Under the pieces are notes generated by a model. The model was given only the letters and a program-made list of their open reading frames with translations. It did not search any database and was not told the DNA's origin. Source: Pirellula staleyi DSM 6068 (GTDB lineage: Bacteria; Planctomycetota; Planctomycetia; Pirellulales; Pirellulaceae). Taken from it: a DNA stretch of 32,000 bases. Positions within the stretch are counted from its first letter, which is position 1, and every line of letters begins with the position of its first letter. Positions 24,519-32,000 of this stretch are shown here, piece by piece. The DNA is taken from contig CP001848.1 of the NCBI GenBank assembly GCA_000025185.1, positions 5,640,001 to 5,672,000 on the forward strand, given 5' to 3'. The translations under genes were made by a program, and so were the position numbers.

Positions 24519-26180
24519 ATGGACTTCTTCAACAAAGCTGCCGCACAACTCACGGAACTCGTGCGTTCGATGTCCCCCGGGACTCGATTGGCCACGGGCC
24601 TGCTGCTCATCGTAGTGGTTGTGAGCATCGGCTATCTGTTTCAGTATCAGGTCACCTCAGGGGATGAGTATCTGCTCGATGGCCGACCCTTTTCTGGCGC
24701 CGAACTAACGAACATCGAATCCGCTTTTGCTCAGGCTGGACTCGGCAAGTCGACCGTCGATGGGAATCGGATTCGGATTCCCCGCGGACAGAAAGAAATC
24801 TATCTCGCCGCGCTCGCCGAAAACGATGCGCTCCCCGCCGACTTCTATCGCTATCTCGATGAAGCAGCCGCCAGCGATACCCCCTTCACTTCCTCGCGCT
24901 CGATGGAAATGAAGAAGTGGAACGCTAAGCAAAAGGAACTCGCTCTCATCATTTCGCGAATGAAAGGGGTGGAAGCTGCCACCGTGCAGTACGACGAAGA
25001 GTTGAAAGGTGGCCTCACACGCTCGAAGCAAAAAACGGCAATGGTCGCGGTGCAAACGGCAGGTGGAGCCCTCGAAGATGCGCAGCTGAAATCGATCCGC
25101 AACGTGATTGCTTCGGCCTATGCGGGGCTCGATCGTCGCGACATCACGGTTACCGACATGACGAGTGGTCTGTCGTATGGTGGTGGTTCGTCGACCGATG
25201 GAAGCATGTCGGAAGAAGACAGCATCTACGCCGCACATAAGCAGAAATACGAGCGCGACTGGCAACGTAAAATCGCCGATCAGCTGGCGATGATTCCAGG
25301 TGTAATTGTCGGCGTGAATGTCGAACTGAGCCCTGAACTCTCGCATCAATCGCAAACCATCAAGCTCGATGCTAAACCGGTTGCCGTCGAAAGCAACGAG
25401 TTCACGAAAGAGCAATCGAGCACGTCCCCATCCCCTGCGGGACGTCCCGGCGCGATTCCCAATGGTGTCGGCAATCAACCAGTAGCAGTGAATAACACGT
25501 CGAGCGCCAATGAGAGCCAGACGAGCGAGTCGCGCTCCGAAGTACGCAATGTCCCCGGTCATGAACAAACCGTGATGAAGCGTGCGCCGCTGGTCCCGAC
25601 TGTGGTGACAGCTTCGATCGACATTCCTGCCAGCTACTTCACTCGCATTTGGCGCGAGCGTAATCCTCAGCCTGCTGGTGCCCCACCCAAGCAACCTGAT
25701 GCCGCCGAAATTGCCAAAATCGAGACCGAAACCAAAGGGAAAGTGCAAGAGACCGTTCGCAACCTCCTGCCACCTGTGTCGCAAGGGACCAATCCTTACC
25801 CGCATATCGCCGTCGCTACGTATACCGATCTGCCTGGCTCGCCGATGCCGGAAGCGAGCATTGCCGAAACTGCGACCGCCTGGTTTGGCTCGAACTGGCA
25901 AACACTGGCCGTGCTTGGCGTCGGGATGTTCGCCCTCGTGATGCTGCGGAGCATGACCCGACCTCTACCACTTCCACCTGCACCAGCGAACGCCAGCTCG
26001 TCGCTGAAAATTGCAGATACCGACGCTGACGACGATGAAGAAGCTGCGTCCCCAGCAAGTGCTCTTCGCCGACGACTCGCCGGTGGCCCCAATATCAAAG
26101 ATGAACTGCGTGACATGGTGAAAGAAGATCCCGACGCTGCTGCCAACATCCTGCGGAACTGGATTGGCGACGCGGCTTAG
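24519..26180 (+). CDS. fliF: Flagellar MS-ring protein FliF
   Basis: I prefer the ATG at 24519 (AAGGA 8 nt upstream). The ATG at 24510 is an in-frame alternative. N-terminal TM helix LLLIVVVVSIGYLF, a periplasmic ring-building region and a C-terminal TM helix LAVLGVGMFALVMLRSM. The cytoplasmic tail reads ...VKEDPDAAANILRNWI. Confidence 0.92.
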   Translation: MDFFNKAAAQLTELVRSMSPGTRLATGLLLIVVVVSIGYLFQYQVTSGDEYLLDGRPFSGAELTNIESAFAQAGLGKSTVDGNRIRIPRGQKEIYLAALAENDALPADFYRYLDEAAASDTPFTSSRSMEMKKWNAKQKELALIISRMKGVEAATVQYDEELKGGLTRSKQKTAMVAVQTAGGALEDAQLKSIRNVIASAYAGLDRRDITVTDMTSGLSYGGGSSTDGSMSEEDSIYAAHKQKYERDWQRKIADQLAMIPGVIVGVNVELSPELSHQSQTIKLDAKPVAVESNEFTKEQSSTSPSPAGRPGAIPNGVGNQPVAVNNTSSANESQTSESRSEVRNVPGHEQTVMKRAPLVPTVVTASIDIPASYFTRIWRERNPQPAGAPPKQPDAAEIAKIETETKGKVQETVRNLLPPVSQGTNPYPHIAVATYTDLPGSPMPEASIAETATAWFGSNWQTLAVLGVGMFALVMLRSMTRPLPLPPAPANASSSLKIADTDADDDEEAASPASALRRRLAGGPNIKDELRDMVKEDPDAAANILRNWIGDAA

Positions 26181-26235
26181 TACGCTACAGGCTGTCGAAT
26201 TGTTTTTCGGTAACTGACGGTTGGGGAAATTTGTG

Positions 26236-27360
26236 ATGACCACCACTTCGAACTCATTACGCCGCGCTGCGATCCTGGTATCGACGCTCGATCAAGCATC
26301 TGCTGATCGTTTGCTCGATCAATTGCCGCCCGATCAAGCGGATCGAATTCGTAGTGCGATCATGAGCCTCGATGATTTTTCGGATGATGAACAGCAGCGT
26401 ATCGCTGCTGATTTTCTCGGACGTAGCGATGCTCGCGCCACGGTTAGCTCCGAGAGCGATGTCGAACTCGAGCTCTCATCGGCTGCTCAAAGTCGCAACG
26501 ATAGTTTCATCCCCCGCTCGCAGGACGACGCGCGCTACAGCGAGCCCTCCTCCCCTTCGCGGAGCCAACCAGCCCAAGACGATGCGCCCCTAAAATTCCT
26601 TGAAGAGATCGATCCGGCTCTCGTCGCGCAAGTCCTTGTGCGTGAGCACCCGCAAACGCTAGCGGTCGTGATCGCTAGTCTGAGTGCCGCAGCTGCTGCC
26701 AAAGTGCTCGAGCAACTCCCCCCCGCTGTAAGCACAGAAACATTGCACCGGATGGCTTTCCTGCACGACATGTCGGCAGAAGTGGTGGCCGATCTCGCAC
26801 GGGAACTTCGCAAACAACTCGATGCTCATCCAGCTGGTGTGCGTCCTGCGGCGAAAAACGCGGTGCTCGCCGTCATCGATGCCCTGCATGGCTCGCGCCG
26901 TCGCCACTTGGTCGACGAACTTGCCTCGCGCGATGCACGCCTGGTGAAGCAGCTGGGACTCGGAAAGACCGAGGCTCCTCAAGCAGGTCGCAGCGCCGAG
27001 CAGCATGAAAGCGTCGACCGCTCGGACAGCCGCCGAACTGTCACCACGAACACCAGCGTGCCGCGAAAACGACTCTCGATCGAGTTTGATCAACTGACGA
27101 ACCTCGACGACGCCGGGCTCAAACGGGTGCTGAGTGAAGTCGCTCCGCGTACCGCCATGCTTGCTCTTTCGGTGGCCGAACCAGCGCTGATTAAACGCAT
27201 TTTGAAACAACTTCCCGCGCGCGATGCCGCCGCCCTATCGCGAGAACTCGACAGCCCCGGCCCCGTCCGTCTCCGGGAGCTCGAAGCAGCTCAGTATGAA
27301 GTCGCTGCGATTGCTGACGACCTCATCCGACGTGGCGAACTTACCCTTCGTCAGCGCTAG
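26236..27360 (+). CDS. fliG: Flagellar motor switch (rotor) protein FliG
   Basis: ATG at 26236 (the listed start at 26221 is TTG). N-terminal domain LRRAAILVSTLDQASADRLLDQLPP, middle-domain EHPQ motif (VREHPQTLAVVIASL), C-terminal domain ...LPARDAAALSRELDSPGPVRLRELEAAQYEVAAIADDLIRRGEL. Confidence 0.9.
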   Translation: MTTTSNSLRRAAILVSTLDQASADRLLDQLPPDQADRIRSAIMSLDDFSDDEQQRIAADFLGRSDARATVSSESDVELELSSAAQSRNDSFIPRSQDDARYSEPSSPSRSQPAQDDAPLKFLEEIDPALVAQVLVREHPQTLAVVIASLSAAAAAKVLEQLPPAVSTETLHRMAFLHDMSAEVVADLARELRKQLDAHPAGVRPAAKNAVLAVIDALHGSRRRHLVDELASRDARLVKQLGLGKTEAPQAGRSAEQHESVDRSDSRRTVTTNTSVPRKRLSIEFDQLTNLDDAGLKRVLSEVAPRTAMLALSVAEPALIKRILKQLPARDAAALSRELDSPGPVRLRELEAAQYEVAAIADDLIRRGELTLRQR

Positions 27361-27399
27361 CAGAACACCCAAACCCAACAAGATTTTTAATTACACGCT

Positions 27400-28053
27400 A
27401 TGGCTGGCATCATCAAAGCTTCAGGTTCGAATCCTTCGCATGTCGCAGCTGGAAGCACAACGTTCCAGTTCGACGACATCGAGCGTTCGTACCTTGTTCG
27501 AGTACGTGCCGAAGCCAACACCATCGTGGAACAAGCGCGAGCCGAAGCTGCCAAGATTCGTGCCCAAGCTGCGGAACAAGGAAAACAGGCTGCAATTCAA
27601 GCAGCTGAGCAAGCCCTGAAATCGCGTGTCGATCAGCAACTGCAGTCGCTCCTGCCTGCATTGCAGCAAGCGGTCCGCGAACTTGTCGACGCACGTCACT
27701 TATGGCAGCAGCACTGGGAATCGCACTCGATCAAGCTGGCATCGGCGATTGCCTCGAAATTGATTCGCCGCGAACTGGCGAGTGATCCACAGCTTCCGTT
27801 AACGCTTGTTCGTGAAGCGCTGCAGATGGTGGTGGGGGCCGACCGCGTGACGATTCGTCTCAACCCTGAAGATCACGCGCTGCTCAATGAAAGTGCTGCA
27901 CGACTGGCGGCCCAACTTCGGCCGATTTCAGCCTGCGATGTGATTGCTGATGCCACCATCGAGCGCGGTGGATGCCGAGTCGACACACAGCTCGGCTCGA
28001 TCGATCAGCAGTTCGATAGTCAACTCCAGCGCATCGTGGAGGAGCTGTCGTAG
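27400..28053 (+). CDS. fliH: Flagellar export apparatus protein FliH (FliI regulator)
   Basis: 217 aa with an Ala/Gln/Glu-rich coiled coil. The C-terminal ...IRLNPEDHALL...ERGGCRVDTQLGSIDQQFDSQLQRIVEEL is typical of the FliH/T3SS stator family. It lies between fliG and fliI. Confidence 0.8.
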   Translation: MAGIIKASGSNPSHVAAGSTTFQFDDIERSYLVRVRAEANTIVEQARAEAAKIRAQAAEQGKQAAIQAAEQALKSRVDQQLQSLLPALQQAVRELVDARHLWQQHWESHSIKLASAIASKLIRRELASDPQLPLTLVREALQMVVGADRVTIRLNPEDHALLNESAARLAAQLRPISACDVIADATIERGGCRVDTQLGSIDQQFDSQLQRIVEELS

Positions 28054-28063
28054 CTGAAATTCC

Positions 28064-29431
28064 ATGATGAACGACTATATCTCACAGCTCGATTCGATCG
28101 TCACTTCACGCATCTCGGGAAGTATTGTCCGAACCGAAGGCTTGACCGCGGCAGCCGCTGGATTTCCGGCTCCCCTTGGCAGCCTCGCCCTGATCGAACG
28201 ACAGGCTGGTGCGCCGGTCGAAGCAGAAGTAATTGGGTTTCGCGATAACCTGACGCTGCTGTTTCCACTCGGTGATGTCATCGGAATTCGCCAAGGAAAT
28301 CGTGTGACCTTGGCTCGCTCGACACGCAGCGTGCGAGTCGGAAATCAGCTTCTCGGACGCGTGATCGACGCGCGGGGTCGAGTGATCGATAACAAGCCAG
28401 CCCCTGTGCTCGCCGATCGTGTGCCCCTCGATCGCAAGCCACCTGCTGCCACATCGCGGCCACGTATCGACACCACTTTCTCCACAGGAGTGCGGGCGAT
28501 TGATGGTCTGCTGACCTGCGGCGTGGGACAGCGTATCGGTGTGTTTGCCGGATCGGGCGTGGGCAAAAGTGTGACGCTCGGCATGATGGCAAAGTACTCG
28601 TCGGCCGACGTGATTGTGATCGGACTCATTGGGGAGCGAGGTCGCGAAGTCAACGAATTTCTCGAGCGTGATCTTGGTCCCACTGGGCTCGCGCGGAGCG
28701 TCTGTGTCGTCGCAACAAGCGATGAGCCTGCGATCATGCGCGTGCAAGCTGCTTCGACAGCCACCGCGGTTGCCGAATACTTTCGGGACCAAGGGAAGAA
28801 CGTGCTGCTGATGATGGACTCGCTCACACGTTTTGCGCTCGCGCAGCGCGAGATCGGGCTAGCCGCTGGCGAACCACCGACAACGCGCGGATATCCACCG
28901 AGCGTGTTTGCGCTACTGCCGCGACTCGTGGAGCGCGCGGGGCGGACGCCGCAAGGGAGCATCACCGCCATTTATAGCGTGCTGGTTGAAGGGGATGACG
29001 TCAACGAACCGGTGAGCGATACCGTTCGCGGTTTGCTCGACGGACACGTGATTCTTTCACGAAAACTGGCCGCACAGTCGCACTATCCAGCGATTGAAGT
29101 GCTGGGAAGTATCAGCCGACTCTTCACCGAAATCACAACACCGCAGCAGCGAAGTGCAGCAGCCATTGTGCGCGAACTGCTGTCGGCCTATCGCGAACAT
29201 GAAGACCTGATCTCGATCGGCGCCTACCGAACCGGTGCGAATCCCACGGTAGATACCGCGATCGCAATGCGGGGCGAGATTCTACAGTTCCTGAAACAAA
29301 GCATCGACGAAAAAACCGATGTCGCGAAGGCCAGCGAAGAGCTGCTGAAACTCGCGATGCGATGCCAGCAGCCTCGCAAAGCAGCGGTAGCACAGGCCCC
29401 AGTCATGCAACAACCACCACGTCGCAATTAA
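28064..29431 (+). CDS. fliI: Flagellum-specific ATPase FliI
   Basis: 455 aa. Walker A GSGVGKS, Walker B VLLMMDSLTR. Also ...SITAIYSVLVEGDD... and ...HYPAIEVLGSISR.... Confidence 0.95.
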   Translation: MMNDYISQLDSIVTSRISGSIVRTEGLTAAAAGFPAPLGSLALIERQAGAPVEAEVIGFRDNLTLLFPLGDVIGIRQGNRVTLARSTRSVRVGNQLLGRVIDARGRVIDNKPAPVLADRVPLDRKPPAATSRPRIDTTFSTGVRAIDGLLTCGVGQRIGVFAGSGVGKSVTLGMMAKYSSADVIVIGLIGERGREVNEFLERDLGPTGLARSVCVVATSDEPAIMRVQAASTATAVAEYFRDQGKNVLLMMDSLTRFALAQREIGLAAGEPPTTRGYPPSVFALLPRLVERAGRTPQGSITAIYSVLVEGDDVNEPVSDTVRGLLDGHVILSRKLAAQSHYPAIEVLGSISRLFTEITTPQQRSAAAIVRELLSAYREHEDLISIGAYRTGANPTVDTAIAMRGEILQFLKQSIDEKTDVAKASEELLKLAMRCQQPRKAAVAQAPVMQQPPRRN

Positions 29432-29475
29432 ACCATACACACACGATTTCTCGAAGTTTTTGAGTAGTTCTTCCC

Positions 29476-29934
29476 ATGGCTCCGTTTCGCTTTCGATTTC
29501 AGACACTGCTGAACATGCGAGTGTCGGAGCGCGCGCAGAAGCAGGGAGATCTCGCCAAGGCGCTCGAAGCGATGGACGTGCTTGAGCGTCAAGAGCTTGA
29601 GCTCGAGCGCGAGGCTACGCAGCTCGTCGAGAGTAGTCGCGCGGTGATTCAGCCCGGGGCGATGGATGTCGATGCGGTCGTTCGAATTCAGCGGCATCGA
29701 CTGATTCTTAAGGCATCGGTCGATCAACTCCGCAAACGCAAAAGCGATGTAAAGGCTGAAGTCGACCGTCGGCGATCTGTGCTGGTAGAAGCCGATCGAC
29801 AGGTTCGTGTGATGGAGAAACTGGCCGAAAAACTCGAAACCGCGCATACGACCGAAGAACTAGCTCGCGAACAGAAGCTAATGGACGAACTGGCAGTGCT
29901 TCGCAGCTTCTCTCGACGAGGAGCGTACGAATGA
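29476..29934 (+). CDS. fliJ: Flagellar export protein FliJ
   Basis: 152 aa and all coiled coil. The N-terminal FRFRFQTLLNMR...E resembles the FliJ consensus (F.f.L..vL..r...E). Positioned directly after fliI. Confidence 0.75.
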   Translation: MAPFRFRFQTLLNMRVSERAQKQGDLAKALEAMDVLERQELELEREATQLVESSRAVIQPGAMDVDAVVRIQRHRLILKASVDQLRKRKSDVKAEVDRRRSVLVEADRQVRVMEKLAEKLETAHTTEELAREQKLMDELAVLRSFSRRGAYE

Positions 29935-30632
29935 AACCACTATCACTCCTCGGAAGTTTGTTTGCAGCATTCTGCATCGGTACGGTCGTCTCGCTCTTCG
30001 TCTTAGCAGGCGTGCTGTGGTCGAAGGGATTTCTGACCGGCGATCGGATGACAGCTGCAATGGCTGCGTTCTACGGGATTCAGCCGAAAACGACGGCTGA
30101 AACGTCGACTTCGGCTACCGATGTAACAGAGCAACCTGCGCTCGATGATCTTTCGAGCAAACGTGTGTTGGCAAGTCTCGATCTCGATTTGCGAGAGAAC
30201 GCGATTGATAAGTCGCTCGGAGATCTGCGTGCTCTGCAAACGCAAATCAAAACCGAGCGCGAACGACTCGATCAGTGGAAGATGTCGTTCGATCAAAGGC
30301 TCGCGACGCTTGAAACAGCGACTACTGACAGTGCCCTCGCCGAGGTGCAACGTACGCTCGAGAGTATGCAGCCGAAACAAGCGAAAGAGCAGATTTTGAA
30401 GATGCTCGAAGCATCGCCGCGCGGTGCCAACGACAAGCCGATGCGCGACATTGTGACGATCATCAAAGCCTTGCCGCTCGATCGTCGCAAGAAGATTCTG
30501 CTCGAGTTCAAAACTCCTGATGAAGCAGAAAAACTAGCGGAAATCCTGCGGGAGATTCGACTCGGAACACCCGATATCGATGTTATTCGCGACAGTCGAA
30601 ACCAACTGCAGCAAACACCTTCCAATCGATAG
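29931..30632 (+). CDS. Membrane-anchored flagellar accessory protein, YlxF/MotE/FlbB-like (MgtE_N-like C-terminal region)
   Basis: The start overlaps the fliJ stop (ATGA at 29931-29934). N-terminal TM helix LFAAFCIGTVVSLFVLAGVLW, then a coiled coil. The C-terminal ...MQPKQAKEQILKML...IVTIIKALPLDRRKKILLEFKTPDEAEKLAEIL resembles MgtE_N/MotE-type repeats. It occupies the same position as ylxF in the Bacillus fla/che operon (from memory). Confidence 0.55.
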   Translation: MKPLSLLGSLFAAFCIGTVVSLFVLAGVLWSKGFLTGDRMTAAMAAFYGIQPKTTAETSTSATDVTEQPALDDLSSKRVLASLDLDLRENAIDKSLGDLRALQTQIKTERERLDQWKMSFDQRLATLETATTDSALAEVQRTLESMQPKQAKEQILKMLEASPRGANDKPMRDIVTIIKALPLDRRKKILLEFKTPDEAEKLAEILREIRLGTPDIDVIRDSRNQLQQTPSNR

Positions 30633-30643
30633 CGAGCACTGCG

Positions 30644-32000
30644 ATGCCAATCTCGGCAACCGATAATACGAAGTCCAAGCAGATGCTCGATCTGCTTCTA
30701 AGTATTCCTACGAAATCGTCGTCAGCCGATGCCGCGACTGACGAATCGTTTGCTGAGCTGCTTGCGCCACCTGCGAGTGCTTCTTCGTCAAAACCACGGG
30801 AATCAGCGGCAGCTACATCACCGCGCGAGAAACTCTCTGCCGAGCCTGCTAAGCGAAGTCGGCGTCCCGATGAGGTGCCACCTGCCAGCAGCAGTGAAAC
30901 TCCATCGTCGGTAGCGGCTCCAGCATCAGATGCCACGAGTGAAGCAGCTGCCGATACAACGAGCATTGCATCAATTGAAGACTCAGCAGCTGAGCCGGCG
31001 TTAACGGAAGAAGCGTTGTCGGCGGAGGCAGAGCGCGCTGCAGCCGAAGCTGCTGCGGTCGCCCTGTTGGCAAGTACCTACGTTGTGTCGCCAGAGAGTC
31101 TATCGCCTGCAGAAAATGGTGATGCCGAGCTTCTGCCAACGGATGTGGTAGATGTTGATGCCGTGACACTCGGCGATGTATCGAAAAATCTTTGGAACCA
31201 GGCCACCACAGCCGATGTGGTAGCTGCGGAGTTGCCTGAAAGTGCGGACGTTGACGTAGCAGCAACTTCGCTCGATGCGATTGCGAGTGCATCAGAGGCT
31301 GTCGCAAGTGACACCGAAACATCGGTGACGACGCTCAACAATGCTGAGTCGACTATCTCCGAGGAACTGTCGGCCACGATCTCGGTGGAAACTGTGGGTG
31401 AAACTCAGGAAGCCCCCACAGCCGCTGAAATTGCCGTAGAAACAGCTTCCGCTGAACAGACTTCAGCGGATGACACGGAAGTAGCAAAGCAACTTGATCG
31501 CGATGGAACAAACGAAATAGAGTCCTCCATCACGAGCAGCAGTGTTGGTGAGACATCAGCGAGCATCGAGGCCACCACAACGACCGATGGTTCCACGAGC
31601 GATCGTGGAAGTGAGTCGTCCGACGATAGTTCCTCGAGCGAAAGAGCGACTTCTGCGACAAGCGACGAACTCAGCGCGAGTGAAATACTAACGTCGCTAA
31701 CAGGAAACAGTGCTACGACATCGGAGACGCCGGCCATCCCAGCGACAGTGCCAAGCGGCGCAGAGGCTGCCGCAGCGGCCGCTGCAAGTGGAAGCGCCGG
31801 TCGCACATCAAGCGTCAATGTCAGCGGAAGCACGAGTGGCAACAGCGCGAGCGCACAACCACTGCAAGCTCCTCCAGCGAAGTTGCCCGCTCAGGCCCTC
31901 ACTGCTGGGACGGCAAAGCAACCAGCGGCCGCGAGCACTCCCGTCGAAATCGATCCTGCAAAGTTCCTCAGCCGCGTGACGAAGGCGTTTGCAACGGCTC
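30644..32000 (+). CDS. fliK: Putative flagellar hook-length control protein FliK, N-terminal >=452 aa (3' end outside window)
   Basis: I translated it codon by codon from the ATG at 30644 to the window end and found no stop. It is absent from the ORF track because it has no stop. The product is acidic and Ser/Thr/Ala/Glu-rich with low complexity (MPISATDNTKSKQMLDLLLSIP...TSDELSASEILTSLTGNSATTSE...DPAKFLSRVTKAFATA). It sits in the fliJ-ylxF-fliK position. The conserved FliK C-terminal domain is not in the window, so the call rests on synteny and composition. Confidence 0.55.
   Translation, partial: MPISATDNTKSKQMLDLLLSIPTKSSSADAATDESFAELLAPPASASSSKPRESAAATSPREKLSAEPAKRSRRPDEVPPASSSETPSSVAAPASDATSEAAADTTSIASIEDSAAEPALTEEALSAEAERAAAEAAAVALLASTYVVSPESLSPAENGDAELLPTDVVDVDAVTLGDVSKNLWNQATTADVVAAELPESADVDVAATSLDAIASASEAVASDTETSVTTLNNAESTISEELSATISVETVGETQEAPTAAEIAVETASAEQTSADDTEVAKQLDRDGTNEIESSITSSSVGETSASIEATTTTDGSTSDRGSESSDDSSSSERATSATSDELSASEILTSLTGNSATTSETPAIPATVPSGAEAAAAAAASGSAGRTSSVNVSGSTSGNSASAQPLQAPPAKLPAQALTAGTAKQPAAASTPVEIDPAKFLSRVTKAFATA

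Noticed and set aside
24705-25901. 398-aa minus-strand ORF inside fliF
   Set aside because: It is antisense to a clear FliF, has low-complexity Arg/Gly-rich composition and no start context. It is a GC-driven artefact.
27424-27434. GGTTCGAATCC, identical to a tRNA T-loop consensus
   Set aside because: The flanking bases do not form a T-stem, and there is no acceptor, D or anticodon arm upstream. It lies within the first codons of fliH and is a coincidence.
30583-31842. Four minus-strand ORFs (30583..30966, 30849..31322, 31078..31377, 31405..31842) that could be read as a set of small Ser/Ala-rich genes
   Set aside because: All lie opposite a single uninterrupted + strand frame (30644 to the window end) that fits the fliK position. 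Low-complexity GC-rich coding sequence keeps the antisense frames open.

Overview
Moderately GC-rich bacterial chromosome. Gene content and style suggest a Planctomycetota/Pirellulales-like organism, but that is an unverified guess. The first ~17 kb is ordinary housekeeping and envelope metabolism: a nucleoside hydrolase 3' fragment, a small secreted monoheme cytochrome c, an aldose 1-epimerase, a translationally coupled GT2 plus GT-C-like glycosyltransferase pair, a fasciclin protein, two SDRs, a membrane-anchored peroxiredoxin-like protein, sucCD, a Tat-signal cupin, an MtfA-like peptidase fused to TPRs, mdh, and an alpha/beta-hydrolase that appears to lack its catalytic Ser and His. From ~17.6 kb to the window end everything is on the + strand and flagellar. 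It starts with a four-gene putative regulatory module: a membrane-anchored periplasmic TPR protein, a FlgN-like protein, a sensor-less histidine kinase and a sigma-54-dependent response regulator. A 241-bp gap follows, holding GGCA/TGCC dyads and a correctly spaced -24/-12 promoter. Then come flgB-flgC-fliE-fliF-fliG-fliH-fliI-fliJ, a ylxF/motE-like gene, and a long acidic fliK-like ORF that runs off the window (missing from the ORF track because it has no stop). The TPR/FlgN-like/kinase/activator module wired onto this operon is the most interesting candidate system. A 669-bp lower-GC gap (15942-16610) with an unlisted 50-codon ORF, direct repeats and hairpins is the main unexplained non-coding stretch. 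I found no rRNA, tRNA, CRISPR, transposase or integrase. All functional calls come from by-eye motif recognition without database searches. Several ORF-track starts are non-ATG or upstream extensions and have been trimmed.
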